Part shown: in pieces, positions 48,428 to 57,776 of the stretch
How positions within the stretch are numbered: position 1 is the first letter of the stretch
Layout: each line of letters opens with the position of its first letter
Assembly: GCA_011364965.1 (NCBI GenBank)
Contig: RDOB01000001.1
Coordinates: 64,001 to 128,000, forward strand
Direction: 5' to 3'
DNA length: 64,000 nt
Origin: Candidatus Heimdallarchaeota archaeon
GTDB lineage: Archaea > Asgardarchaeota > Heimdallarchaeia > Hodarchaeales > Hodarchaeaceae
Made by a program: the position numbers and the translations under genes
Notes under the pieces: model-generated
Seen by the model: only the letters and a program-made list of their open reading frames with translations
What the model was told of the DNA's origin: nothing
Databases searched by the model: none

Positions 48428-49408
48428 TTATTTCTTATTCTTTTTCCAAGAAGAAGGATAAGTATCCTTTTGCATCAAAATAGCTTTTGAATTAGCACAA
48501 ATTCCGTTTGTTTCTTCTAAAATCTGCTTTGTTGACAAAGTACTATAAGCTAAACCTACTAATTCGTCCTTCATTGAAAAAATTGCGACTAAATTACCTT
48601 TCTCTATCCCTGAACTCAAACGAATAACGCCTGGAATCGTTAATGCTGCTCCATGACATATTGCATTTATTGCCGAGTCTCGAATATATATTTTAGGCAC
48701 ATCGGAGCAAATAACTTCTATTGGTTTGATAATTTGCCTTATAGGAGCCTCATCATGCTCTTTTTGATAATAATACCAAGCATCATTTAAATCCTGAAGT
48801 GTTACTAGACTCTCCTCTGTAAAGGGGCCAGTTCGGACTCTTCTGAGTTCCTGCATATGAGCGCCTGTGCCTATTAACAATCCGATATCATGACATAATT
48901 TTCGAATATATGTACCTGCTTGACAACTGATTCTTAATAGGGATAATTGACCACTATAATGCTCTAACAACTCAAGTTTATATATTCGACGAACTCTTAA
49001 ACGTCTTTTTACGCTGCTTCTTATTGGAGGGGTCTGGAATATTTTTCCACGAAAATTATTTAATACATCATTCAATTTTTCGGTAGAAATAACGGCATGG
49101 GTTTTCATTACACAAATATATTCCTTTCCAGAAGGAAGTAATACCTGTAAAGCACGAGTTCCTCGTCCCAAAGCAATAGGAAGGCATCCTGTAACAGCAG
49201 GATCCAATGTTCCTCCGTGACCGGCTTTTTTGATATTTAAAATTTGTTTTACCCAGGCAGTAACTTCATGGGATGATGGATTGGCAGGTTTATCTAAATT
49301 TATTATTCCCAATTCAATTAATTCAGGTATAGTACGCAAAACTGGAGGTTTTCCGTACTTTGGATCAGTAAAATAATTCTCAATCTTATTATGGATGATA
49401 GCTACCAT
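48428..49408 (-). CDS. cbf5: H/ACA pseudouridine synthase Cbf5
   Basis: LDKP.NPSSHEV, GHGGTLDP, GTYIRKLCHD, PUA domain. Confidence 0.97.
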   Translation of the reverse strand: MVAIIHNKIENYFTDPKYGKPPVLRTIPELIELGIINLDKPANPSSHEVTAWVKQILNIKKAGHGGTLDPAVTGCLPIALGRGTRALQVLLPSGKEYICVMKTHAVISTEKLNDVLNNFRGKIFQTPPIRSSVKRRLRVRRIYKLELLEHYSGQLSLLRISCQAGTYIRKLCHDIGLLIGTGAHMQELRRVRTGPFTEESLVTLQDLNDAWYYYQKEHDEAPIRQIIKPIEVICSDVPKIYIRDSAINAICHGAALTIPGVIRLSSGIEKGNLVAIFSMKDELVGLAYSTLSTKQILEETNGICANSKAILMQKDTYPSSWKKNKK

Positions 49409-49446
49409 ATTATTGACCTAAACTAATTCAGCACAATGATATCACA

Positions 49447-49725
49447 TCAAAGGTGGATCTTGACTGGAGTTTGGATCTCTTTGACAAAATTAGCTTTCTC
49501 TATCGCTTTTTGAATATCATCGTCGGAAGCATTCCGTTTTATGGGTATAGTGTGTTCTAAAGGACGAAGATGTTTTATATTACACCGACGTCTCTTCACA
49601 GGTGATACACCGCCACCTGAAATCAATACAAAATTAGCATCAACTAGATCTACTATAACTGCTTTTTGCAGAGATTCTCGCCCAGCAGTTTTAACCACAA
49701 CTCTACCAACTTCTAACACAGTCAT
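49447..49725 (-). CDS. rpl14e: 50S ribosomal protein L14e
   Basis: EVGRV.VK.AGRE, VKRRRCNIKHL. Confidence 0.96.
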   Translation of the reverse strand: MTVLEVGRVVVKTAGRESLQKAVIVDLVDANFVLISGGGVSPVKRRRCNIKHLRPLEHTIPIKRNASDDDIQKAIEKANFVKEIQTPVKIHL

Positions 49726-49946
49726 CTTTGATTCCTTCTCTTAATTGGTAAATCTATGCAAATGATTTCTTAAGATTAAGTTTATATCACTTGAATACAA
49801 ACGCATGAACGGATTTATGCTTGTATTTCTGCTTTAACTCATTTGTTGCCTCTTTTGAACTTCCCTTATATGGAATTCCATCATCTCAGGATTCGAATAA
49901 TTGATAGCGCGAATAATAAAACTCTTAGATCTAAATTGGCTTAACA

Positions 49947-50019
49947 GCCGCTGTGGCTTAGTTGGTAGAGCGACAGACTCGTAATCTGTTGGCCGGGGGT
50001 TCAAGTCCCCCCAGCGGCT
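49947..50019 (+). tRNA. tRNA-Thr(CGT), intronless
   Basis: GCCGCTG/CAGCGGC acceptor stem, ACAGA CT CGT AA TCTGT anticodon arm, GGTTCAAGTCC. Confidence 0.96.
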
Positions 50020-50067
50020 TTATTTATGCTTTTAAATATATTTTGGAAATTAAATTAAGTTTTATGG

Positions 50068-50916
50068 TCAATCTAACCAATTACTCTTAAAAAAATCATT
50101 AAATATGTAAATGGGGAAGTTTGAATGATGGTCAATGATTTCGGTTAATTTCTCGATAGCTTCATGGTAATCTTTCTGAACTATTACCTTTAATTCAGCA
50201 CTATCTACTAATCTTTCCAGTTGTGCAAAATATTCCTTGGTTCTGTTTTTCCATTCCCCTCTTGCTCTCCGATCTAATCGATAAATAATCGGGGTCTCAA
50301 TTTCTTTAATTCTCAATCCTTTTTTATTCGCATAATGCCAAAATACCAAAGGAAAAGCATAACCAGCATCTCCGATGGCTGAAGATAATATTTCAGTTCT
50401 ATAACCTTTTAATCCACAAAAAGCATCGGTTAGATTCAAGTTAAAGCATCGGTTTATTGTTCGTGTTATTAGCATGTTTGTAACATATCTATCAACTGGC
50501 ACTTTTGTATTTTGCTTCCAAAACCTGTAGGTCAGATAACGACTTGTTGAAACAATGTGGATGTCAGGTTCTTGAACCATAATTTCTAGAATTTCTTTAA
50601 TACTTACTGGATCATGTTGAAGATCTGCATCAAATGTAATAAGTATGTCATATGCTAATTTTGCATGTTTAAATAATGTAAGAATTGTTTGTCCATATCC
50701 ACGCGGTCCATCTGAATGTCGAATACATTTCAAAGGAAATTTTTTGGATAGATGAAGACAGATATCTTTTGATTTATCTGTACTGCCATCATCAACCAAT
50801 ATGACTGAGATGTCGTAAGTTGAACATTCAGTACTTATAAAATTAAAAAGTGAATGGACACATTCAGATAAATAAGCTTGCTCATTAAATAAGGGGATTC
50901 CAATCAAGATCTTCAT
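50068..50916 (-). CDS. GT2 glycosyltransferase (DPM1-like)
   Basis: IPLFNE, VDDGSTD, FDADLQH, TDAFCGLKGY. Confidence 0.88.
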   Translation of the reverse strand: MKILIGIPLFNEQAYLSECVHSLFNFISTECSTYDISVILVDDGSTDKSKDICLHLSKKFPLKCIRHSDGPRGYGQTILTLFKHAKLAYDILITFDADLQHDPVSIKEILEIMVQEPDIHIVSTSRYLTYRFWKQNTKVPVDRYVTNMLITRTINRCFNLNLTDAFCGLKGYRTEILSSAIGDAGYAFPLVFWHYANKKGLRIKEIETPIIYRLDRRARGEWKNRTKEYFAQLERLVDSAELKVIVQKDYHEAIEKLTEIIDHHSNFPIYIFNDFFKSNWLD

Positions 50917-51185
50917 CGATATTTTTCTCGCTTTTCTTTTAGCTTTTAATGGCAGTAATTTGTGATTGGTTTGATATTTATCAACCCTTTGAATCTGACA
51001 ATGTCGTGATCAGGGATTAATTTGTTATGCTTTCTAATCGTACAAAACGAAGGAACTAAGAATTAGTACCCTTAAATTTTTAAAATCTAATTATTTCCCT
51101 TAAAACAAATCTTAATGAGTAGTATTGGTAATTTTGTGTCTTTTCTTACAGATATAAAAAAAAATAAGGAGACTGAAACAGCGGT

Positions 51186-51614
51186 ATGGCAGATCCTGAT
51201 CCTGAACTTCAAAAAATCCTAAATCAAAAGGTAAAAGTTCTCCAAGCAAGGGCAAAATTCTTTGAAGATGTTAACCAGAATGGTGTTAATAATGTGGAGG
51301 ATCATAATATTAACGAATTAATTTCCAAAAGCCCAATTCCAGTAATTGTAGATTTTTCTGCAGACTCGTGGTGTAAGCCTTGTAAGGTAATGGCTCCGAT
51401 TTACGAGGAACTAAGTCATGAATATGCTGAAAGAGTACTTTTCTTAAAAATCAATACTGATCATAACCGCAGAGCTTCAGAACAATATCGAATAATGTCA
51501 GTTCCTACTTTTATGATGTTTAAAGAAGGAAAAAAATTTGCCCAAAAACTAGGAGCAGCACCAAAACCAAAATTTAAAGCTTGGATTGATGAAGTACTAC
51601 ATCGAATGCAATAG
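51186..51614 (+). CDS. trxA: Thioredoxin with N-terminal helical extension
   Basis: WCKPC, SVPT; N-terminal DPELQKIL. Confidence 0.93.
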   Translation: MADPDPELQKILNQKVKVLQARAKFFEDVNQNGVNNVEDHNINELISKSPIPVIVDFSADSWCKPCKVMAPIYEELSHEYAERVLFLKINTDHNRRASEQYRIMSVPTFMMFKEGKKFAQKLGAAPKPKFKAWIDEVLHRMQ

Positions 51615-51667
51615 CTAAATCTATTAACCACATTGAAGATATAAGTAAATTAATTGAGCGTCTGATT

Positions 51668-51736
51668 ATGAGAGAAAAGTGGAAGAAAAAGCGTTTAAGA
51701 AAGAGAAAACGAAAAGAAAGAAGAAGAAAAGGTTAA
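51668..51736 (+). CDS. rpl41e: Ribosomal protein eL41 (eS32) (missing from ORF track)
   Basis: MREKWKKKRLRKRKRKERRRKG*, matching MRxKWxKKRxRRxKRxRR. Confidence 0.9.
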   Translation: MREKWKKKRLRKRKRKERRRKG

Positions 51737-51848
51737 TGATGTCTTCTCTTGTACTTTTTATCCTAATGTTAATTAGTTAAAATCATTGGAGTTTTTCCCC
51801 TCTCTGCTATTAAAAAGTACTTCTGAGATAAGAAGGAGACGAATTGGG

Positions 51849-52907
51849 ATGATCATTGGTTTTATTGGAGCGCGGGGAACTGTTCCCACTGCAGATATTG
51901 GAACTGTGTCATTCTTGGTCGATAATAAATACTTATTTGAATGTCCTTCTGAAATTGTACAGTCTTTCCAAAGATTCCAAAAGCAATGGCAAATGATAGA
52001 TTTCTCAAACTCGAAAATAATCGCTTTAGGAAAACCTTCTTTCGGAAGAATTAGGTATATTATTCTTTCTCATCTTCATTATGATCATTGGGGAGGATTG
52101 CCACACATAATCCACAGGATCCTATTATTCGAACGAGAAAAGCGATTGAATGAACCTTTGAGAATTATAATTCCCAAAGGATCCACCATTCCATTTCAAA
52201 GAAGAGCTAGTGAAGTTTTCAATAATTTCTGTTCCAGTTTCCTATTAGATGACGCAGAGTTCCTATATCGATTACTCACTATTGAAGTGGGAGATGAAAC
52301 TAGGAAAGTAATTGAGATAACTACTATGGAAGAAGGTCAGACAATAAATTTAGACTCAAACTATTCGCTTTCAGCAATTAAGAATAAACACCTTAATGAG
52401 GGCTCGTTCGCATATAATCTAACCTTTAAAGTCACAAAACTAAATGTAGACAAAGCAAAGTCATTGAATATACCATTTGACCATACTTTGAGAGAAATTG
52501 AAAAATCAGAAGGAGATTTTTATATAAATAATCAAAAAATAAATCGAAATGATATTTTCTATGAAAATTGTATCAAATTATCTTATTCAGGAGATACACC
52601 AATCGATCCAGATTTATTTCAATTTTTTAAATCTACAGATGTGTTAATACATGAATTAACATATTTAAGTACAAATGAAAATTACCATTTGGATTTTCAT
52701 TCAGATATAGAGCCTCTAATTAAATTGTTGAAAAATCTTAGAAATTTAAGAGTCTTCATTCCTATCCACTTTTCAATACGATACACTGAACAAGAAATAA
52801 TTGAAAAACTATCCTCAACGCAAGTAAGTATAAATATTTCGAGTCCCCTTGAAAATATCGTTCTCTTGATTGAGCCAGACAAAGTTATTACTTACGCACG
52901 ACTTTAA
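51849..52907 (+). CDS. RNase Z-like metallo-beta-lactamase
   Basis: SHLHYDH, exosite-like KAKSLNIP, YSGDT, LIHE.TY, HFS.RY; start ATG 51849. Confidence 0.8.
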   Translation: MIIGFIGARGTVPTADIGTVSFLVDNKYLFECPSEIVQSFQRFQKQWQMIDFSNSKIIALGKPSFGRIRYIILSHLHYDHWGGLPHIIHRILLFEREKRLNEPLRIIIPKGSTIPFQRRASEVFNNFCSSFLLDDAEFLYRLLTIEVGDETRKVIEITTMEEGQTINLDSNYSLSAIKNKHLNEGSFAYNLTFKVTKLNVDKAKSLNIPFDHTLREIEKSEGDFYINNQKINRNDIFYENCIKLSYSGDTPIDPDLFQFFKSTDVLIHELTYLSTNENYHLDFHSDIEPLIKLLKNLRNLRVFIPIHFSIRYTEQEIIEKLSSTQVSINISSPLENIVLLIEPDKVITYARL

Positions 52908-52909
52908 GA

Positions 52910-53764
52910 TTACTGAAATGTGTTTTTAAACCATTCTTGTATATTTAAGAATCCTTCTTGCTTTACATATCTACGGAGTATTTTGACAGTCCCAGAACCG
53001 TATTGTATCGCTTTCTTCTGTTGTTTAGCAACAGAATTTTGTAAGCCAATATTTAAAGCTAATTTCCGAAGTAAAGCTTTTCTTACTATTTCTCCATCTT
53101 CGGAGTATATGATATGATCCGTAGCTGGATATGATTGAGCATAATTAATTATATTTTGATCTAGAAATGGATATAATAGTTTGAGTTCGAATTTATCACC
53201 AATTCTTCCTTCCATGGGAAGTTGATTGTATATTAAGCTATTTAAATCATTTTTCATCATTTTTTGTAGCGATTCATAGCCATTGCGTTCAATTTCTAGA
53301 ACATAACGATTATATCCCCCAAATAATTCGTCAGCTCCTTGGCCAAGAAATATACAACTTACATTGAACTGCTCTTTTAATCTTTTTATAGCTAAATACA
53401 TTGGAATTGCCACAGATAGATGTACAGGGGTTTTAATAAAATCGATTTCCTTTAATTCTAATATTATTTCAGAAAGTGTTTGAGAATCCAAAATTTGGGG
53501 CATAAAAGTAAGTCCTAGTTTCTTTGCACCGTAAGCTGCATTCAATAAATCATAGCTATTATCTAATCCAACAGATCCTGCAGCAATTCTTGAGGGTTCC
53601 CACAAAGATACTAGAATTTTCGCTATAATGGAAGAATCAATACCTCCACTATATAGTAACCCTATATAATTACCAGTACTGTGATTTGCTATGAATTTTC
53701 TTAAATAGGTGAGTAATTTGTCCAAATGTACACTCCTGAAATTTCCAGACCACTCGCATTCCAA
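52910..53764 (-). CDS. Asparagine synthetase C-terminal (synthetase-only) domain protein
   Basis: SGGIDS, GQGADELFGGY, YPFLD, K.LLR, KKAIQYGSG; no N-terminal Ntn glutaminase. Confidence 0.88.
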   Translation of the reverse strand: MECEWSGNFRSVHLDKLLTYLRKFIANHSTGNYIGLLYSGGIDSSIIAKILVSLWEPSRIAAGSVGLDNSYDLLNAAYGAKKLGLTFMPQILDSQTLSEIILELKEIDFIKTPVHLSVAIPMYLAIKRLKEQFNVSCIFLGQGADELFGGYNRYVLEIERNGYESLQKMMKNDLNSLIYNQLPMEGRIGDKFELKLLYPFLDQNIINYAQSYPATDHIIYSEDGEIVRKALLRKLALNIGLQNSVAKQQKKAIQYGSGTVKILRRYVKQEGFLNIQEWFKNTFQ

Positions 53765-53850
53765 TTTTAATTTTATTCAGATATTTTCTTCAGTATTTTA
53801 TTAAAGATTTAATCTCAAAAGATTTATCACAAAGATCCCGAAATTGCCAA

Positions 53851-54543
53851 TTGCTAATACACAGCCTTGGTGTCATAGTTTTGAAAGATAAAGAAGATAA
53901 TAATACTTTACGAAAACGATATGAGGCTATTTTCGCTCCATTTGGCAAAATATTAATGAAAACTGGATTAACTCCAAACATGATTTCAATTTTGAGTGTT
54001 ATAGCTAGTATAATTAGCTGTTTTTTTTATGCTCTAGGACCATTCATCGGAGATAGCTGGGGTTTATTAATCGGTACTTTTTTTCTTGGTATTTCATCAC
54101 TCCTAGATATGCTTGATGGATCTTTAGCGAGAGCTCGAGGTTCCGCAGGGCATTTTGGAGCTCTATTGGATCGAACACTAGATCGGGTCTCTGAGTTCTT
54201 TTTTCTCCTTGGATTAATGATAGGAAATTATGTTTATCCTCCTTTAGTATTCTTTTGTTTTGAAGGAATGATAATCGCAAGCTATGTACGTTCTACAGCT
54301 GAAAAAAGAGGAGGATTGAGTATGACTTCCACAAAAGGTATTTTTGAGAGAAAAGAAAAACTTACTCTGTTGTCAATGGGGTGCTTAGCGCAAATACTGA
54401 TTAATGAAGCAATACTTTCAACCTGGTGGCTATTTGAGTTTGGTATCTTGGAAATAGTTATATTAATTATCGGAGTTTTATCAAATATTTCCGCTTTTCA
54501 ACGTTTAATGTATGCTCGAAGTTATTACTCTTCGGTAAATTAA
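53851..54543 (+). CDS. CDP-alcohol phosphatidyltransferase (archaetidylinositol phosphate synthase-like)
   Basis: TPN.IS, DMLDG.LARARG....GALLD..LDR, SYVR..AE. Confidence 0.92.
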   Translation: MLIHSLGVIVLKDKEDNNTLRKRYEAIFAPFGKILMKTGLTPNMISILSVIASIISCFFYALGPFIGDSWGLLIGTFFLGISSLLDMLDGSLARARGSAGHFGALLDRTLDRVSEFFFLLGLMIGNYVYPPLVFFCFEGMIIASYVRSTAEKRGGLSMTSTKGIFERKEKLTLLSMGCLAQILINEAILSTWWLFEFGILEIVILIIGVLSNISAFQRLMYARSYYSSVN

Positions 54544-54546
54544 TTA

Positions 54547-55701
54547 CTATTCGGTATCTATCAATTTCCGCCAACTTGGGCTTTGATCTCGCTTAGCTAG
54601 CTTTTTCTTCTTTGTTTCTGAAATTATTCTTGATAAATTATCCAAGGCCGTGTTTACAGCTTTCTCTGCACCAAATTCAGTACCTTCAGAATTAAATGTA
54701 AAACCTCTATCTGATATTAGCTTTGTACTTGCTGATACGGAAAATTGACCTCGCTTTGACTGAGATAGATTCCTTTTAAATCGAATATGTAAATTACAAT
54801 TACTTCCAAGCCATTTTTCCTCCCGTTTCAATATTGAGAGCCCCTTTCGTACTGTGTGATCCTTTATATCATTATCAGGAGCTTGTTGCACAAATACATT
54901 AAATCCAGTTTTCTTTCTCTGATTTAATGTGAATTGAATAATATCAAGAGGAGTAAGAATTCCATATGAGCCTTTTTTGCCTAGAATTAGCATATTTGTG
55001 CTCTTATTAACAAATTCATCCAAAACCTCTCCAAGTAAAGCATTTTCTGGGACAAAAATTGCATCCTGAATAAAATCTACTAAAGGTAAGAGGTGCCAGT
55101 CTTTATCCCTATCTCCTCCTATATCCCCTGCTGTTGATCTTCTTTCGGGATAGGGACGTAAGAGTGACCTATTATTGATTAATCCTTCGATTTCGCCCTC
55201 GTTATTAAGAACAGGTATTTTACTGAATCCATACTCACGAATTTTAGCTATAGCTTGGCCAATCGAATCTATTGATGAAATAGTTGTTATTTGCCAATTC
55301 GCAGCATCTTTAACAGGCGCTTGCATGATTTGATTCGATTTTGGTAATAAATAGAGCAAGTCAAGGTCCTTGATAGCACCTTTTAGTCTCATTTGTGCAT
55401 TTAAAACTGGTATATATCGAGTTGCTCCATCAATCATCATTTCCCCGATCTCTAAAGGTGTAATATCGTCGAGTTCCCCTATTTGAAGACGAGGAATATC
55501 TTTTCTCATAATTGATTTGCACAATGTCGTCGTGCTGATTCCTTTCCCCACAACGTCATGAACTCGTATCATCCCTTCAAAACGATTAGTTTCATCTAAA
55601 ATCATGATAACATCATGTTTTTCTAGAAAAAAAGTGATAGCTTTTGATATTGGTTGATTTAGCTGAAGAGATGGTACATTCACAATAGGTAAATTCACCA
55701 T
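54547..55701 (-). CDS. CBS-domain protein with C-terminal HPF/RaiA-like domain (HibA-type hibernation factor)
   Basis: Four CBS motifs, then a beta-alpha-beta-beta-beta-alpha pattern ending AVNTALDNLSRIISETKKK. Confidence 0.75.
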   Translation of the reverse strand: MVNLPIVNVPSLQLNQPISKAITFFLEKHDVIMILDETNRFEGMIRVHDVVGKGISTTTLCKSIMRKDIPRLQIGELDDITPLEIGEMMIDGATRYIPVLNAQMRLKGAIKDLDLLYLLPKSNQIMQAPVKDAANWQITTISSIDSIGQAIAKIREYGFSKIPVLNNEGEIEGLINNRSLLRPYPERRSTAGDIGGDRDKDWHLLPLVDFIQDAIFVPENALLGEVLDEFVNKSTNMLILGKKGSYGILTPLDIIQFTLNQRKKTGFNVFVQQAPDNDIKDHTVRKGLSILKREEKWLGSNCNLHIRFKRNLSQSKRGQFSVSASTKLISDRGFTFNSEGTEFGAEKAVNTALDNLSRIISETKKKKLAKRDQSPSWRKLIDTE

Positions 55702-55775
55702 TGATCATCCTCTTCCTGAGAAGAGACTGATATAAAAAGGTTGATTCGAATTAAAGTTGAGAGTTTTTTTGGATC

Positions 55776-57086
55776 TCAAATAGTCTGGCTTTGGGGTCGC
55801 GTTATTTTAACCCTCTTTTTGCAAATAGGACATGCACCTCTAATCTTCAACCACTCAGCTAGATGGGCAAAATGTGCTGGTGAACCACATTCTGGGCATC
55901 GAACCACGCTTGAATCCTCCGTTATCTTCATTCGACAAACACTACAATATTCTTCTACATCACTAACAGAAACCTCACCAATTGGTTCTGAAGAGGAGGA
56001 GGGAAACCCCTGTGCCAATATAGCTAATTTTTTGCCTCTCAAGCGAAATGATTCAGCTGCACGGGGACTAGAAGCTTTTTTCGATGCACGATAAAACAAT
56101 TCAGAAGAGTATCTAGGATTCTCATTCTCATTTGCTAGTGCCGCTTCTGCAAAAATTGAAGCAGGAGTACGATCTCCCAATACTTCAATCAGTTCATCAT
56201 ACATTGCTATTGCTTGGTTGTTCTGCTTTTTCCTTAAAATATCTCGTGCTGAATCGATTGTTTTCAATATACGTTCATATTCTTTTATCTTCTTACCTAT
56301 CATTTCGAATTCAAGATCAGATTCATCTTTTTTCTCGGTTTTAATATTGGAAAAAATATCTTTTGCCATGGAAAAAGATCTACGCATCTTTTCAAAATTT
56401 CCGTTGGTTAAATACTCCTCAACTTCCTTTAAATAATGTTCTAAAGCCATATCGTGCCTTTTAGCTGAAGATAGCAACTTCTTAGCCTTATTGTCCAATC
56501 CGCGCTTCTGCATTTCAGTAGCTGCAGCAATAAGAACGGTATTTGCTTCCTCTTCAGCACCAATTGTCCTTAATAGTTCCGCAGCTTTCATATATTTTTT
56601 TGAATTATAAGCGTGTTTAGCTAAGTTACGAATTGCTTGATCACGATTTGAGATTAAGGAATCATTTTGATCAATAATCTGAATAGCTGCAGGAATATAT
56701 TCCACTCCTCCATGGTCAATAAATACTTTTGCAGCAGCAAAAGGTTTTCCTGCAAATACAAATGCTTTGGAAGCCAAATGATATTCATTAGTATTAATAT
56801 AGGATCGTGCAGCGTCTAAGAAGGCCTGTTGCATCCTATTTGTAGACACTTTCTTCTCAAGTCTCCGGAAAGCCAGAATTTGAGACGCTTCGGGTGTTCT
56901 TAAAACCATTTTGGCTGCGGATTCAATAGATTCTTTTAAGTAATAATCCAATGCTTCAAGATATTTCCCCTGCTGTTCCAATTCACGAGCTCGCTGATGG
57001 CCTTTATTTCGTCTCAGTAAGCTGCTAAAGATAATTATAAGAATAATTGCAATAACTATTATAGCAATGAGATCTCCATTACTCAT
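55776..57086 (-). CDS. N-terminally membrane-anchored alpha-solenoid protein with C-terminal RING finger
   Basis: TM at aa ~5-23, Ala/Tyr-rich helical repeats, CSVC-x12-CPEC-x4-HFAH-LAEW-x6-CPIC. Confidence 0.85.
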   Translation of the reverse strand: MSNGDLIAIIVIAIILIIIFSSLLRRNKGHQRARELEQQGKYLEALDYYLKESIESAAKMVLRTPEASQILAFRRLEKKVSTNRMQQAFLDAARSYINTNEYHLASKAFVFAGKPFAAAKVFIDHGGVEYIPAAIQIIDQNDSLISNRDQAIRNLAKHAYNSKKYMKAAELLRTIGAEEEANTVLIAAATEMQKRGLDNKAKKLLSSAKRHDMALEHYLKEVEEYLTNGNFEKMRRSFSMAKDIFSNIKTEKKDESDLEFEMIGKKIKEYERILKTIDSARDILRKKQNNQAIAMYDELIEVLGDRTPASIFAEAALANENENPRYSSELFYRASKKASSPRAAESFRLRGKKLAILAQGFPSSSSEPIGEVSVSDVEEYCSVCRMKITEDSSVVRCPECGSPAHFAHLAEWLKIRGACPICKKRVKITRPQSQTI

Positions 57087-57497
57087 ACTAATCCAACCAA
57101 CATACTAATTCTAGTCTAGTATAGTTAATAAAAGCCATGTGAATAAATATTGATACTGAGACTCTCTCTTATCTTCATTGTACCAATCAGCAAATAGTCC
57201 CGTATATAGATTTCGTTTCCAGAATAATGAAACTCATTAGCTTTGTAAAGGTTAAGAAATCGGCTATAATACCTCCTAATCTCTTTCGGATTTACCCAGT
57301 ATCTTAATTTTCATGACTCAATTTATGAAATATTCCTCCTAGCCTGTTATCCGAAATCCGACAAAAGCTAGGAATCTTCATTTCACGATTTTTATCGGGA
57401 ATGTGACAGGGGGATAACATCTCGATATTAAAAGGATAACTCACTAATAATATCATAATAATTTCCCATCAAATCTTGAGAAAAAAGAAGTGATATA

Positions 57498-57767
57498 ATG
57501 TCTTCCTGGCAATCTTTCTTCAATCAACTTTCTAAGACTTCAGACAGAAATGTGAAGGACACTGGTATGAACAAAATTTGCTCATGTAATAGAGGAATGC
57601 TGATTTATTCCAACCATTCTTACATTAGTAAAGAGGGTTGTTCATTAAGTGCAGTTTGTTGCGCAATTAATATCGATAAGCATAAGATAAGTCAGTCTCG
57701 AGATTTCATTATTGGAAATGACGTTTCTTCTAAAGTGGTTCCATTAGAGACTTTTATAAGCAGTTAA
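57498..57767 (+). CDS. Hypothetical Cys-containing small protein
   Basis: 89-aa ORF in otherwise unoccupied space, purine-rich GAAGTGA upstream; no recognised motif. Confidence 0.4.
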   Translation: MSSWQSFFNQLSKTSDRNVKDTGMNKICSCNRGMLIYSNHSYISKEGCSLSAVCCAINIDKHKISQSRDFIIGNDVSSKVVPLETFISS

Positions 57768-57776
57768 TCCCTTATT

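Noticed and set aside
55741-56436. Plus-strand ORFs of 117, 70 and 72 aa
   Set aside because: Antisense shadows of the solenoid-RING gene
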